Source: Thermoanaerobaculia bacterium (GTDB taxonomy: Bacteria; Acidobacteriota; Thermoanaerobaculia; Multivoradales; Multivoraceae). Taken from it: a stretch of 64,000 nucleotides of DNA. Below, one piece after another: positions 10,260-19,153 of this stretch. A program made the position numbers and the translations under genes. The stretch is taken from assembly GCA_963664405.1 (NCBI GenBank), contig OY761158.1, positions 1,536,001 through 1,600,000 on the forward strand. Reading direction: 5' to 3'. Position 1 is the first letter of the stretch. Each line of letters starts with the position of its first letter. The notes below the pieces were generated by a model. It saw only the letters and a list, made by a program, of their open reading frames with translations. It was not told where the DNA came from and did not search any database.

Positions 10260-11441
10260 GTGTTTGGACTCGATTACCTGCTCTCCCCCTGTGACGGAGA
10301 AGACTTCCTGAACGACTATTGGGGTCTGAAGGCCCTATACGTGCCCGGAGAGAAGGGCAAGTTCGGGGATCTCTTCGGTTGGGAGGACATCAACCACATC
10401 ATGACCTACGGGCGGATGCGGTACCCGGACGTCAGACTGGTTCAGGAAAAGAATCATCTGCCGCAGGAGGCCCTATCGAAACTCGATCACTGGCTGACCA
10501 AGGGGGCCACGCTGGTCGTCAACTCCATTCAGAGGCTCGATCCTGTCGTCGATCGCTTTGCCTCGGCGCTGGCCAACGAGATGAACTCCCCGATCAACAT
10601 CAACTCCTATACCTCGTGGCCGGCGAAGCAGGGTTTCGACACCCACTACGATCGTCACGATGTTTTCGTGGTTCAGGTCGCCGGTTGCAAAACCTGGACG
10701 GTGGCCGCGCCAACGCATCCTTTCCCCGTCGAACAGGAGGCAGGCCGCCTCGAGCCGCCGCAGGAGCTGGACACCTACTTGGAGTGCGAGCTGAGCGAGG
10801 GAGACGTCCTATACATCCCCAGGGGTCATTGGCACTTCGCGGTGGCCAACACTCCCAGTATCCACCTCACCGTCGGCACATCGCCAAGGACGGGGGTAGA
10901 CTTCCTGACCTGGCTGGCCGAACGGCAGATGGCCCGAGACGACTTCTTTCGCCGGGATCTCCCCCTGCCACGAACCGAGGCCCTGGCGGGGAACCGCCAA
11001 GCGTCGAACCTCGAAGAGCACTGGGACGAGCTGGTGCGGCGTCTACAGAGCCTCTTTGCGGAAGCCGGACTCCGAGAGGAGTTTCTCCAATACTGCATGA
11101 CCCAGAACCGGCCTATCCACTCGCTGCAACTCCCCGAACTGGTGACTCTTCGCGAGGATCTCACCATGGAGACACCCTTCGTCATGGCTCCGGACCAGAA
11201 GGCTCTGGTCGCCTACAAGGGTGATGCGGGCTCGGCGACAGTGACAGTGCGCGGTAAGATAATCAAGTTCGAGAACCTCCCCGAAGGCCTCCTTGATGCG
11301 TTCCTCGAAATAGGGGGCAGAGTGAGCGGAGCCGATCTGCTGGCGGTCTGCCCCGACCTCGAGGTGGAACAAGTAAAGCGGTTCCTCCTCGAAATGTTCG
11401 AAAACGGTATCCTGCGTCTGGCCGAGCCTGCAGTGGGCTGA
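10260..11441 (+). CDS. JmjC/cupin_4 (ROXA/YcfD-like) 2OG-Fe(II) protein hydroxylase with C-terminal winged-helix-like domain
   Basis: FLNDYWGLKALY; QGFDTHYDRHDVFVVQVAGCKTW; LSEGDVLYIPRGHWH; SIHLTVG; C-terminal LLEMFENGIL. Confidence 0.9.
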   Translation: MFGLDYLLSPCDGEDFLNDYWGLKALYVPGEKGKFGDLFGWEDINHIMTYGRMRYPDVRLVQEKNHLPQEALSKLDHWLTKGATLVVNSIQRLDPVVDRFASALANEMNSPININSYTSWPAKQGFDTHYDRHDVFVVQVAGCKTWTVAAPTHPFPVEQEAGRLEPPQELDTYLECELSEGDVLYIPRGHWHFAVANTPSIHLTVGTSPRTGVDFLTWLAERQMARDDFFRRDLPLPRTEALAGNRQASNLEEHWDELVRRLQSLFAEAGLREEFLQYCMTQNRPIHSLQLPELVTLREDLTMETPFVMAPDQKALVAYKGDAGSATVTVRGKIIKFENLPEGLLDAFLEIGGRVSGADLLAVCPDLEVEQVKRFLLEMFENGILRLAEPAVG

Positions 11442-11493
11442 GATCCGCGCTGTTCAGATCGTTCGGCGCGCCACCGCCTCCGCGTAGGGCGGC

Positions 11494-12069
11494 TTATGTG
11501 TTGGGTAGAAAGTTGACGGTGACGACGCAGTCGAGGTAACCGGGTGCACTGAAAGTTCCGCTGACACCGGCTTGATCCGCGCCGGCGTCAGTGCCGGGCT
11601 GATATTCGACGTCCTCGAAGACGGCAAGTCCGCCGTCGTTGGTGATCGCATCCTGATCCGAGCCCCCGGGGGGGCCGAAGCCCACGTCGCTCGCGCCGAC
11701 GGCCTTGAAGTCGAGATTGACGGTCACGCCAGCGACAGGCGGGCTGACCGATGCTCGAACTACGTCGATGTCGTGATCTTCACTGAAGACGCCTACGGGC
11801 TCGTTGTGAACTCCTTCATCGAAGGGCGTCGCTTCTCGAATGAAGTCCAGCGTGTACTCACAAGACAGTGAGCCTTCCGGGCTGAATTGAGCGTGAGCCG
11901 GCAGAGAGCCGAGACCGGCCAAGGGCTCTGCCCACCTTTCGGGAACTATCTTCGAGGTTGCCACCGCGCCGCCCGAGATCGCAAGAGCCTTCAGCAGCTT
12001 GCGGCGCGCGCGGGAATGCTTCTCTTCTAACGGGGCTGGTTGGCTCTTCGGATCTCCGGTACGCGTCAT
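11494..12069 (-). CDS. Tat-signal exported protein with WxxP...LPAHAQ leader and an acidic beta-rich (Ig-like) mature domain
   Basis: GGAGGAG RBS before ATG 12069; ARRKLLK twin-arginine motif; PERWAEPLAGLGSLPAHAQFS; mature part VVRASVSPPVAGVTVNLDF...AITNDGGLAVF with two Cys. Confidence 0.75.
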   Translation of the reverse strand: MTRTGDPKSQPAPLEEKHSRARRKLLKALAISGGAVATSKIVPERWAEPLAGLGSLPAHAQFSPEGSLSCEYTLDFIREATPFDEGVHNEPVGVFSEDHDIDVVRASVSPPVAGVTVNLDFKAVGASDVGFGPPGGSDQDAITNDGGLAVFEDVEYQPGTDAGADQAGVSGTFSAPGYLDCVVTVNFLPNT

Positions 12070-12201
12070 CAACGCTCCTCCATCGACCTAAGTTTTCTCA
12101 AGTGACGAATGGATTGTAGCACGAGGTCTCGGCTCATGCCCGGTACGCGGCACTCACACGATTGTCCGGGCTGGGACGCTCCGCGATAGCATGCCATCAC
12201 C

Positions 12202-12495
12202 ATGGACGGTGCGAGTGTTCCTAAACGGAACGAGGCCCTCAAGGGTGAGCTCCTCGACGACGAGCTACTGCTCTACTACGAGAGTGAGACCCAGATCATT
12301 GCGCTGAATCCGACGGCATCCCTGGTGTGGACGCTGTGCGATGGCGAGCGAAGCTTGGCGACAATCAAAGACCTTCTCGTGGAGGCCTATCCCGATGAAG
12401 CGACTCGAATACCGATAGAGGTGACTTCGATTGTCGAGAAAATGGTGCACATCGGGGCGCTCCAACTGGAGGCCATTTCCGGCAGCGTGCCGTGA
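12202..12495 (+). CDS. Stand-alone PqqD-family RiPP recognition element (RRE)
   Basis: LDDELLLY...IIALNPTASLVWTLCDGERSLATI..LL.EAYP...EVTSIVEKMVHIGAL is the PqqD pattern; 97 aa. Confidence 0.9.
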   Translation: MDGASVPKRNEALKGELLDDELLLYYESETQIIALNPTASLVWTLCDGERSLATIKDLLVEAYPDEATRIPIEVTSIVEKMVHIGALQLEAISGSVP

Positions 12496-13046
12496 GTCGC
12501 TAAACCGAATAGACCCTGAGCCGCCAAGGCAGAGAAGCTGCCCACCACGCCCAGCTAGCGAGGGTGCTCCTACCGTGCAGAGGGAAGAGAATCTGCTTGT
12601 TGCCGGGCGCCGGCGGCACGAGGCCAAAGACTGCCAACCCGAGAGTCGGGCTTGACCTGTCGATTCCCGGAAGTGTTATTTCATCGAGGACTTCGGCCAA
12701 TCCGAGGTGTCGCTCGCGAACCTCCATCAGACGTAAAGTGAGCTCGAGTGCCACTGCACCGAGGAGCCGCAGGCCCTGCCTGTCCAGCTCATCAAAGTGC
12801 CTACGCCAACGGTGCGCCTCGCCGAAGGCCTCGATCACACGAAGCAGGTCGACGACGGATCGAAGCCGAAGCCGACCTAGCTCGAGATCTTTGATCACGG
12901 TAAGAACCTGAATCAAGAGACTGACTCTGGGCGAAGGCACCGGATAGGTCCAGTGTCTGAGATCCACGTGCTGGTGATCCCTCCAGATGGGATCCACATC
13001 GATCCGCACGCCGTACTCGCGCACGAGCCGCCAATGCTGTTACCGG

Positions 13047-13403
13047 CTACGAGAAAGCGCACTTAGTTGGCTGCGAGTCGGTTTTTTGTCCCCGCGAGGC
13101 GTGACTCAGGGTGTGGCGCAGATAGTCGAGGTACCCCTCGGGGGGTGGCGTCGTGGGGAGTTCTCGGAGGATGGGGAGAAAGTAGGCGAGGGATCGGATG
13201 GGCTGGAGCTTTGGTAGGCGCGGATCTCGGCATGCGCGTCGGGCGGAGCCGAGGAGGAGGGCGGCCTGGAGGACGGTGAGAGGCAGGTCTTGGTCGAAGA
13301 GCTGGTCGACGATGACGCGGTCGCCGTGGTGGAAGCGGTGCGGGGTGTCGGGAAGGAGTCGATAGAGGCGGAGGAGCTGGCGCCGATAGTGGCTTCGGGT
13401 CAT
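13047..13403 (-). CDS. IS-associated small hypothetical protein downstream of istB
   Basis: ATGA overlap with the istB stop; LLRLY..LPDTP...DR...LQAALLLGSARR...IRSLAYFLP; stop lies inside the terminal IR. Confidence 0.65.
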   Translation of the reverse strand: MTRSHYRRQLLRLYRLLPDTPHRFHHGDRVIVDQLFDQDLPLTVLQAALLLGSARRACRDPRLPKLQPIRSLAYFLPILRELPTTPPPEGYLDYLRHTLSHASRGQKTDSQPTKCAFS

Positions 13404-14209
13404 GAGCGTCGTCGTGCTGCGCTCCGCCTTTTGGCGCGGTCCTTGGCCTTTTTTTCAGCAGCCTCCTTGGCCTCCTTGCGGCGATAGGAGTTAGCCTCGA
13501 TCTTGACGATCTCGGCGTGGTGGGTGAGTCGATCGACGAGAGTGACGACGCAGGAGGCGTTGGGAAAGACCTCGGCCCATTCGGCGAAGGGCTTGTTGGT
13601 GGTGAGAAGAATGGGCTTGTTGCCGTATCTCCTGGAGACGACCTCGAAGAGGAGATCCGCGTGGCGGTGGTCGTAGGAGAGATAGCCGAGCTCATCGATT
13701 GCCAAAAGCGAGGGTCGGGTGTATTTGGAGAGCCTTCTCTGGAGCGCCGAGGGGGTTTCCTGGACGGCGAGATCGTTGAGCATGTCGGAGGCGGTGACGA
13801 AGCTGGCGGTGGCCCCTCGTTGCAGCGCCTGGTAGAGGAGGTTCTTGGCAATCATGGTCTTGCCGACACCGTTGGGTCCGAGGAGGATGACGTTGGTGAT
13901 GTCGTCGAGGAATTGGAGGGTGAGCAGATCCTGGATCTGCTCGCGGTCGATGCGCTGGGGCCAGGAGAAGTCGAAGTCGGCGATGCTCTTGAAGAGCCCG
14001 ACGCGGCTGGTGCGGATGCGCCGTTCGAGGCTGCGCCGTTTGCGCTCGGCCTCTTCTTTGCGCAGCAGCTGTTCGAGCCAGGGCTGTTCTCGGTAGGTGC
14101 CCCAGTCGTCGACGAGGGCGTAGAAGCCGAGGGATCGGGCGAGCTCTCGTAGTGGTTCGTCAGGGATCGTTGGACTCTTCCTGGGTCGGGCCATCGTCGT
14201 TGCCTCCAA
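13400..14209 (-). CDS. istB: IS21 helper ATPase IstB
   Basis: KSIADFDFSW; GPNGVGKT Walker A; LLAIDELGYL Walker B; LTTNKPFAEW; DRLTHHA. Confidence 0.95.
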   Translation of the reverse strand: MEATTMARPRKSPTIPDEPLRELARSLGFYALVDDWGTYREQPWLEQLLRKEEAERKRRSLERRIRTSRVGLFKSIADFDFSWPQRIDREQIQDLLTLQFLDDITNVILLGPNGVGKTMIAKNLLYQALQRGATASFVTASDMLNDLAVQETPSALQRRLSKYTRPSLLAIDELGYLSYDHRHADLLFEVVSRRYGNKPILLTTNKPFAEWAEVFPNASCVVTLVDRLTHHAEIVKIEANSYRRKEAKEAAEKKAKDRAKRRSAARRRS

Positions 14210-15668
14210 GTTGGTCGTAGTCCTCGAGGTTGTGCGGTCTCACGGAGAGATCTCGCTGTTGGAGCTCCTGGCTGAGCGGCACCGGTAAAGCCGGGGGCTG
14301 ACCGAGGCCGCGCTGGTGCCGTTCGAGTAGGAGCCGGACGGACTGGAATCGCGGTGCGTGGTTCAGGAGCGCTTCGCGCACGGCTTTGTCGAGTCGCTGG
14401 GGGCCGTACTGGCGCAGGAGTCGGAGCAGGCCGGCGGTCTGCGTTCCGAGGTTCTCGCCTCGCTCGGCGAGCTGCTGCATCAGCTCTTCGCATCGAGGCA
14501 CAGCGGAAAACAGCCGATGGAAGCCCCGGTGTCGTCGGGCCCTGCGTTTGTGAGCGAGGAGCTCCTCGAGGTGTTGAGGATCGAGGATCTGCTCGCCCCG
14601 GGAGTACGAGCGAGGGTGCTCGGCGAGGAGCTCCTGGCCATCGAGGATCCGCACCCGATGCTCGCTGGCGAGGAGCGTGACGGTCCTCTGCACATGACTG
14701 TGCGGCACCGAGTAGTCGTTGAGGTCGAAGCGCACGATCGGCGTCTTTCTGACCTTGATCTCCAGTCGCAGGTCGGTTTCAAAGTCGTCTCCGGGAAGCT
14801 CAAGCAGTCGAGGTCGTTCCTGGGCCAGGGCGCTTTTCACGGTTCGCTGTCGGTCCTGCGGCCAGGGTCTGCGCTGCGACCTCTGGCACCATTCCAGGAC
14901 CTGCCGATTCAGACGATCCAAATCGCTCACCGTTCGGGCGCCGAAGAACGAGCTTCGCAGGAAGCGGATTGCGCGCTCGACGCGGCCTTTCTCATTTCCC
15001 CGAGCCACCGCGGCGACGGTGGGAAGGAAGCCGTAGTGGCTGGCGAAATCGAGCAGCACGGGATGGAAGCGCACCGCGGTTCCCTGCCGCTCGATCACCG
15101 CGGTTCGCAGGTTGTCGTACAGAACGGTCCTGACGACGCCGTCGACGTAGTGGAAGGCCAGCTGGTGAGCGTGCAAGAAGGTTTCGAGACGAGTGTCGAG
15201 GGTGAAGTGCACGAAGACCGTGCGCGAGAACGACAGCACGAAGACGAAGGCATAGAGCCGACGATGTGCCCGGCCGACGCGGAGCCGACCGAAGTGGCCC
15301 CAGTCGACCTGCGCCTGCTCTCCTGGCAGCATGCGCAGCGAGAGAAACGCCTCGCGCTGGGGCTTCGGTCGCATCGAGGCCACCAGGTGGCGAAACTGAT
15401 CCGGGCCTCCTGGATAGCCGCGCTCCACCACCATGGTGTAGAGACGGCTCGCCGGCAGTCGTGGGTAGGTCCCGAGCACCTGCTCGATGAACGGCAGGTA
15501 AGGATCGATCATCCTCCCTCGTCGCTGCTGGGGTAGCACGCCGGACTTCTCCAGCGCCCGGCGCACGGTTGAGGGGTGCAGCTGTAGCTGTCGAGCGATC
15601 GTGCCGACTTTCCACTTCTCGACCAGGAACAGACGACGGATCTCCCCGCGCAGCTGTGCGTCGATCAC
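14160..15668 (-). CDS. istA: IS21 transposase IstA
   Basis: N-terminal HTH (TIARQLQLHPSTVRRAL); PGEQAQVDWG; LYDNLRTAV; NEKGRVER; FDLNDYSVP. Start taken at GTG 15668, just after the upstream ORF stop. Confidence 0.95.
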   Translation of the reverse strand: MIDAQLRGEIRRLFLVEKWKVGTIARQLQLHPSTVRRALEKSGVLPQQRRGRMIDPYLPFIEQVLGTYPRLPASRLYTMVVERGYPGGPDQFRHLVASMRPKPQREAFLSLRMLPGEQAQVDWGHFGRLRVGRAHRRLYAFVFVLSFSRTVFVHFTLDTRLETFLHAHQLAFHYVDGVVRTVLYDNLRTAVIERQGTAVRFHPVLLDFASHYGFLPTVAAVARGNEKGRVERAIRFLRSSFFGARTVSDLDRLNRQVLEWCQRSQRRPWPQDRQRTVKSALAQERPRLLELPGDDFETDLRLEIKVRKTPIVRFDLNDYSVPHSHVQRTVTLLASEHRVRILDGQELLAEHPRSYSRGEQILDPQHLEELLAHKRRARRHRGFHRLFSAVPRCEELMQQLAERGENLGTQTAGLLRLLRQYGPQRLDKAVREALLNHAPRFQSVRLLLERHQRGLGQPPALPVPLSQELQQRDLSVRPHNLEDYDQLGGNDDGPTQEESNDP

Positions 15669-15672
15669 GCCC

Positions 15673-16068
15673 CTATCTCCGTCGGCAACGACGAAAGCTC
15701 GTTCGCACAAACTCTCGGCAGGCCTCTCCACACTGCATGCATCGCGGATTCCTCGGGTCGTAGCGCACTTCGCGCCTCGGAGTCTCGATCCGACACAGTG
15801 TCCTCCCCGAAGTACCGCCTGGGGTACCCTGATGCGTCACTTTCTCTGCCCGCTCGCGCTGGCGCCGACGGTAGCGGGCCTGACGGGCGGCATGACAATG
15901 CCGACCTCGGAGGCTTCGCTGGTACCGATGGCCGGCCGCCCGAGTCGATTCCCGACGAGCCACCAGAGCACAAGCCCGGCAGTAACGCTGGCCACGGTCA
16001 CAGTGCGAGCACAGCGAGATACGCCGACGGCATCGAGCACAGTCGAAGAGTCGGTAGTCCGGTCGCAT
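15673..16068 (-). CDS. Cys-rich putative zinc-binding protein upstream of istA, inside the IS
   Basis: CARC, CSHCDRGQRYC..C, Arg-rich helix (HAARQARYRRRQ), KVTHQG, CMQC; stop abuts the istA start. Confidence 0.7.
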   Translation of the reverse strand: MRPDYRLFDCARCRRRISLCSHCDRGQRYCRACALVARRESTRAAGHRYQRSLRGRHCHAARQARYRRRQRERAEKVTHQGTPGGTSGRTLCRIETPRREVRYDPRNPRCMQCGEACREFVRTSFRRCRRR

Positions 16069-17041
16069 CGTCGCCTCCCATTCGACGACGACCCCGACTC
16101 TCTGCCATACTGCAAGCGCAGCTAATGCTGCGGTTTGGGGCAGAGCCCGGGGCGTTTTCTACTTCGCTTTCCCGGGCTCTCGCCGTCTCTGGTCGGCCTG
16201 CTCTATCAGAGCAGAGCCCGCACTGCAAAGCCCTACACCGACTCACGCATCTCTTCCGACCGCAAACACGCCGCCGGGACCACGCACCCGGACCGCCGTT
16301 CCGGCGGGATGATGCCGCCCTTCCTGAAGAAGGCCTAGCTTTCCCGCGGTCGCGAAGCCCTCAGCTCACTCCATCCCGGAAACTGCGCTCGCAGCCAACG
16401 GGATGCGCTTTCTCGCAGCCATCAACAAATGCAGCTCGACAGCCCATCGACCCCTGAGATACGTGAAGTGATGGGTAAAGAAACGGCTTAGCGCGCGGCC
16501 CCCAAGAGTCCGAGAGTTACTCTCGAAGCCCCCGACGCGAAGCACCTCTTCGGCGGCAGCAAATGCCTCAGAGTGGACGAGGATGTCGATATCTCCGACA
16601 GTCCTCAGGTCGAGCTCGCCGTAGAACCTGTGAGAGAAGAGAGGTCCCTTGAGGAAGAGATGATCTACCCCGCCGTCGGACAGCGCCTCGGAGATCTCTC
16701 TCATCCGAAGGAGTGCCTGAAGGGCTAGGACTCTCTGATTCCGTCGCGCCCCTTGCAGGGTCGCGCGAACGCCAGGCGGGACGTGTCTCCGGAGCCCATA
16801 CTTGCTGAGCGCCTCTCTTGCAAGCACTGCCAGACCGTGCCTGGAAAAAAAGGAGTTGAGAGCGCCCGACGAGAGACTGCTCTCCTCCAGCCGCGCCACG
16901 AAGGTTTCACGCTCACCTGCAAGTAATGGTGGGATCACCCGCCAGATCTCGCTCTCACTTGCTCCGCGAGGGCTCAGCGCGCCCCTACCGGGTGACGGAC
17001 TTTGAGCCTTTGCTAGCATCCAAGGTGCCCGCTTTCACGAC

Positions 17042-18343
17042 GTGCATAGTTCTTTTGTGTCCTCTCCGGCTTTCAGGCTGCGCTGGCTGGTGCTAGCGAT
17101 TCTACTCGTTCGCCTCGGTCCCTGGGTCTGGTTCGGCCGCGTCCAGCCCTTCACATACGACGAGAAGGAATACGACAAAATCGCGGTTCAGCTCGCCCAA
17201 AGAGGTGAGTTCGCCGTCACCCCGGGGGTTCTGACCTCGATTCGCCCTCCTCTCTACCCGGCGATGGTGGCGGGCGTCTATCGTTTGTTCGGTGTTCGCA
17301 ACTACCAGGCCGTGCGCCTGCTGCAGGTGGTATTGAACGCAGGTATCGCGGTTGTCGTCTACCTACTTGGCTACGCTCTCTACGACGCTCGCACCGGATG
17401 GTGGGCTGCAGCGCTCATAGGTTTCTACCCCTCGCTATGGGGGCACGACTACCTCCTCCTCACCGAGGTTCTTTTCACCTTTCTGCTCTGCCTAGGTACG
17501 CTGCTTCTTCTGCACTTCTTCGCACGGGAGAACTGGCCGCTACTGATCATCGGTGGCGGTCTGCTCGGCCTCGCCACTCTCACGCGAAGCGCGCTTCAGC
17601 TCTATCCGCCTCTGTTCGTCCTCATCGTCCTCGCAATGATGAAGGTCCCTGTGCCGCGCCGTTTCGTGGTGGCTGCCGTGTTCACGCTGTCCTTCGCTGT
17701 TGTCGTTGGCCCGTGGATCGCCCGCAACTCCCGCCTCCATGGCTCGCTCGCATCCGTAGATTCCACCGCCACCCGACTCTTCAAGCTCTATGGCAAGCCG
17801 CGGCTCAAAGCGATCGTGGGCAGCCCGGTGTCGACGCAAGGCTCTCGTCTGCCCGGCGGGGGATCCGCGACAACAATCCGCTGGGCGGTGAAACGGAGCT
17901 TCCTCTTCTGGCAAGTGGATAGAGAGCTGACCGGCGCGGCGGCGAGCGGCCGACTGGGTCCGATCCCACGGCAAATAGTTGTACTGCTGGCCCTTGCTAT
18001 CGGCGGCTACTATGCTGCTCTGGCCGCCCTGGGGCTCGTCGGCGCGGTTCTTCGACCCCCGCCTGACCGAATACAGCTGGTACTGATCCTTTCCTTCTTT
18101 GTGTTACTAGTGGGAGTTCACTCAATGATCCTCGGCCACTCCCGCTACCACATCCCTCTCATGCCCTTTGTCTGCCTCTTCGCGGCTCGGCTCATTGTCG
18201 TTCCGCCCCATAGAGAAGAGCGCAGACGTTTGGCGTGGGCTCTCTTGGCACTTCTCATACTCGCGGTCAGCTGGGTTATCGGCCTCGTAAGCGTAGACCT
18301 CCCCGAGCTCCTAGAGGGTCTGGGCGTCGGCCGTGAAGTCTGA
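17042..18343 (+). CDS. ArnT/PMT-like (GT39/GT83) membrane glycosyltransferase
   Basis: DEKEYDKIA; SIRPPLYP; LLTEVLF; GLATLTR; PWIARN; SRYHIPLMPF; many transmembrane helices. Confidence 0.85.
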   Translation: MHSSFVSSPAFRLRWLVLAILLVRLGPWVWFGRVQPFTYDEKEYDKIAVQLAQRGEFAVTPGVLTSIRPPLYPAMVAGVYRLFGVRNYQAVRLLQVVLNAGIAVVVYLLGYALYDARTGWWAAALIGFYPSLWGHDYLLLTEVLFTFLLCLGTLLLLHFFARENWPLLIIGGGLLGLATLTRSALQLYPPLFVLIVLAMMKVPVPRRFVVAAVFTLSFAVVVGPWIARNSRLHGSLASVDSTATRLFKLYGKPRLKAIVGSPVSTQGSRLPGGGSATTIRWAVKRSFLFWQVDRELTGAAASGRLGPIPRQIVVLLALAIGGYYAALAALGLVGAVLRPPPDRIQLVLILSFFVLLVGVHSMILGHSRYHIPLMPFVCLFAARLIVVPPHREERRRLAWALLALLILAVSWVIGLVSVDLPELLEGLGVGREV

Positions 18344-18480
18344 CCTTCGAGTGTGATGGTGAGCGACTGACCGAGCTCAGACAGCGTCGGAGTGGGCAGA
18401 CAAGGAGTGCCGGAGCTGCTACCTTCCCTACACAAGAAGCAACCCGAGTATGCGCATCCAGAACTAAAAAGGAAGCCGTC

Positions 18481-19149
18481 ATGGACAACATCGAGCCCTC
18501 GGGCGCCTTGCTCGAGTTCGACATCGCCTCCCCCGATGAAAAGTGGGAGTTTGCGGCCGTGGAATGGTGCGTTTACGCGGCAAAGTTGGGCTGCAAGATG
18601 CTCGAAGCCGCCAACCTGGACCTCTCCAAATACAACTGGGCCTTCAGCGAGGAATACACCTACACGCCTGAGCGCCTGATGGCAGGTCGTGACCTGGCCG
18701 GCTATTACTTCATGATCAAAGACGGCAAGATCAGTGGCGGTGGCGGGGTGCCGCTGGAGTGCCTCGATCTACCCGGGTTTCACGTCAAAGTCGCCTGGGG
18801 ACTCATCGCCCACCCTTCGGGCCTCTTCTACGGCCGCGAGGGGAGCCGACTGCGCGGCGAGGGTGCGAACCAGCTCAGAGCAGACTTGGCAGCCGCAGGT
18901 AGAACCGAGGAAGCAAACCCCGCACCCGCGAGGCCGACGAACACCGACGGCCCCGCCTGGCCCCCCGGAATCGGTGAGTCGCTCTCGGTGGAAAATGAAA
19001 ATGGGGGCGGGCTCCACAACTTCACCGCCTTCCACCTCAAGCCCTCGCCCGAGGTCATGGACCTGCCACAGACCGCCTGGGGCGTACCGGTGCTCACGGA
19101 AATGACGGACCAGCAGAAAGAAGACTTTTACAAGCTGATCGGCAGATAG
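18481..19149 (+). CDS. Hypothetical protein
   Basis: AAGGAAG RBS, host-like codon usage, 4 bp upstream of the Kelch gene; no recognised motif. Confidence 0.7.
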   Translation: MDNIEPSGALLEFDIASPDEKWEFAAVEWCVYAAKLGCKMLEAANLDLSKYNWAFSEEYTYTPERLMAGRDLAGYYFMIKDGKISGGGGVPLECLDLPGFHVKVAWGLIAHPSGLFYGREGSRLRGEGANQLRADLAAAGRTEEANPAPARPTNTDGPAWPPGIGESLSVENENGGGLHNFTAFHLKPSPEVMDLPQTAWGVPVLTEMTDQQKEDFYKLIGR

Positions 19150-19153
19150 AAAC

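Larger units (their letters stand above)
13038..16427 (-). mobile_element. IS21-family insertion sequence (3390 bp) with two accessory ORFs
   Basis: Imperfect ~40-bp terminal IRs TGTTACCGGCTACGAGAAAGCGCACTTAGTTGGCTGCGAG / TGTTGATGGCTGCGAGAAAGCGCATCCCGTTGGCTGCGAG with internal GGCT(A/G)CGAG repeats; AATGC direct repeat at 13033-13037 and 16428-16432; istA and istB inside. Confidence 0.95.
12500..17019 (-). pseudogene. Nucleotidyltransferase family (NTP_transf_5-like) gene interrupted by an IS21 element (halves 16428..17019 and 12500..13032)
   Basis: N-half has LFLKGP..S.RFYG...LRTVGDIDILV. Removing 13038-16427 plus one AATGC copy gives in-frame WAVELHWRLVREYGVRID and a 374-aa ORF. Confidence 0.9.

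Noticed and set aside
9210-18343. Canonical lasso peptide or PQQ biosynthesis cluster
   Set aside because: No asparagine-synthetase-like cyclase, B2 protease, short precursor or pqqA/B/C/E in the window; the PqqD is better read as a generic RRE.
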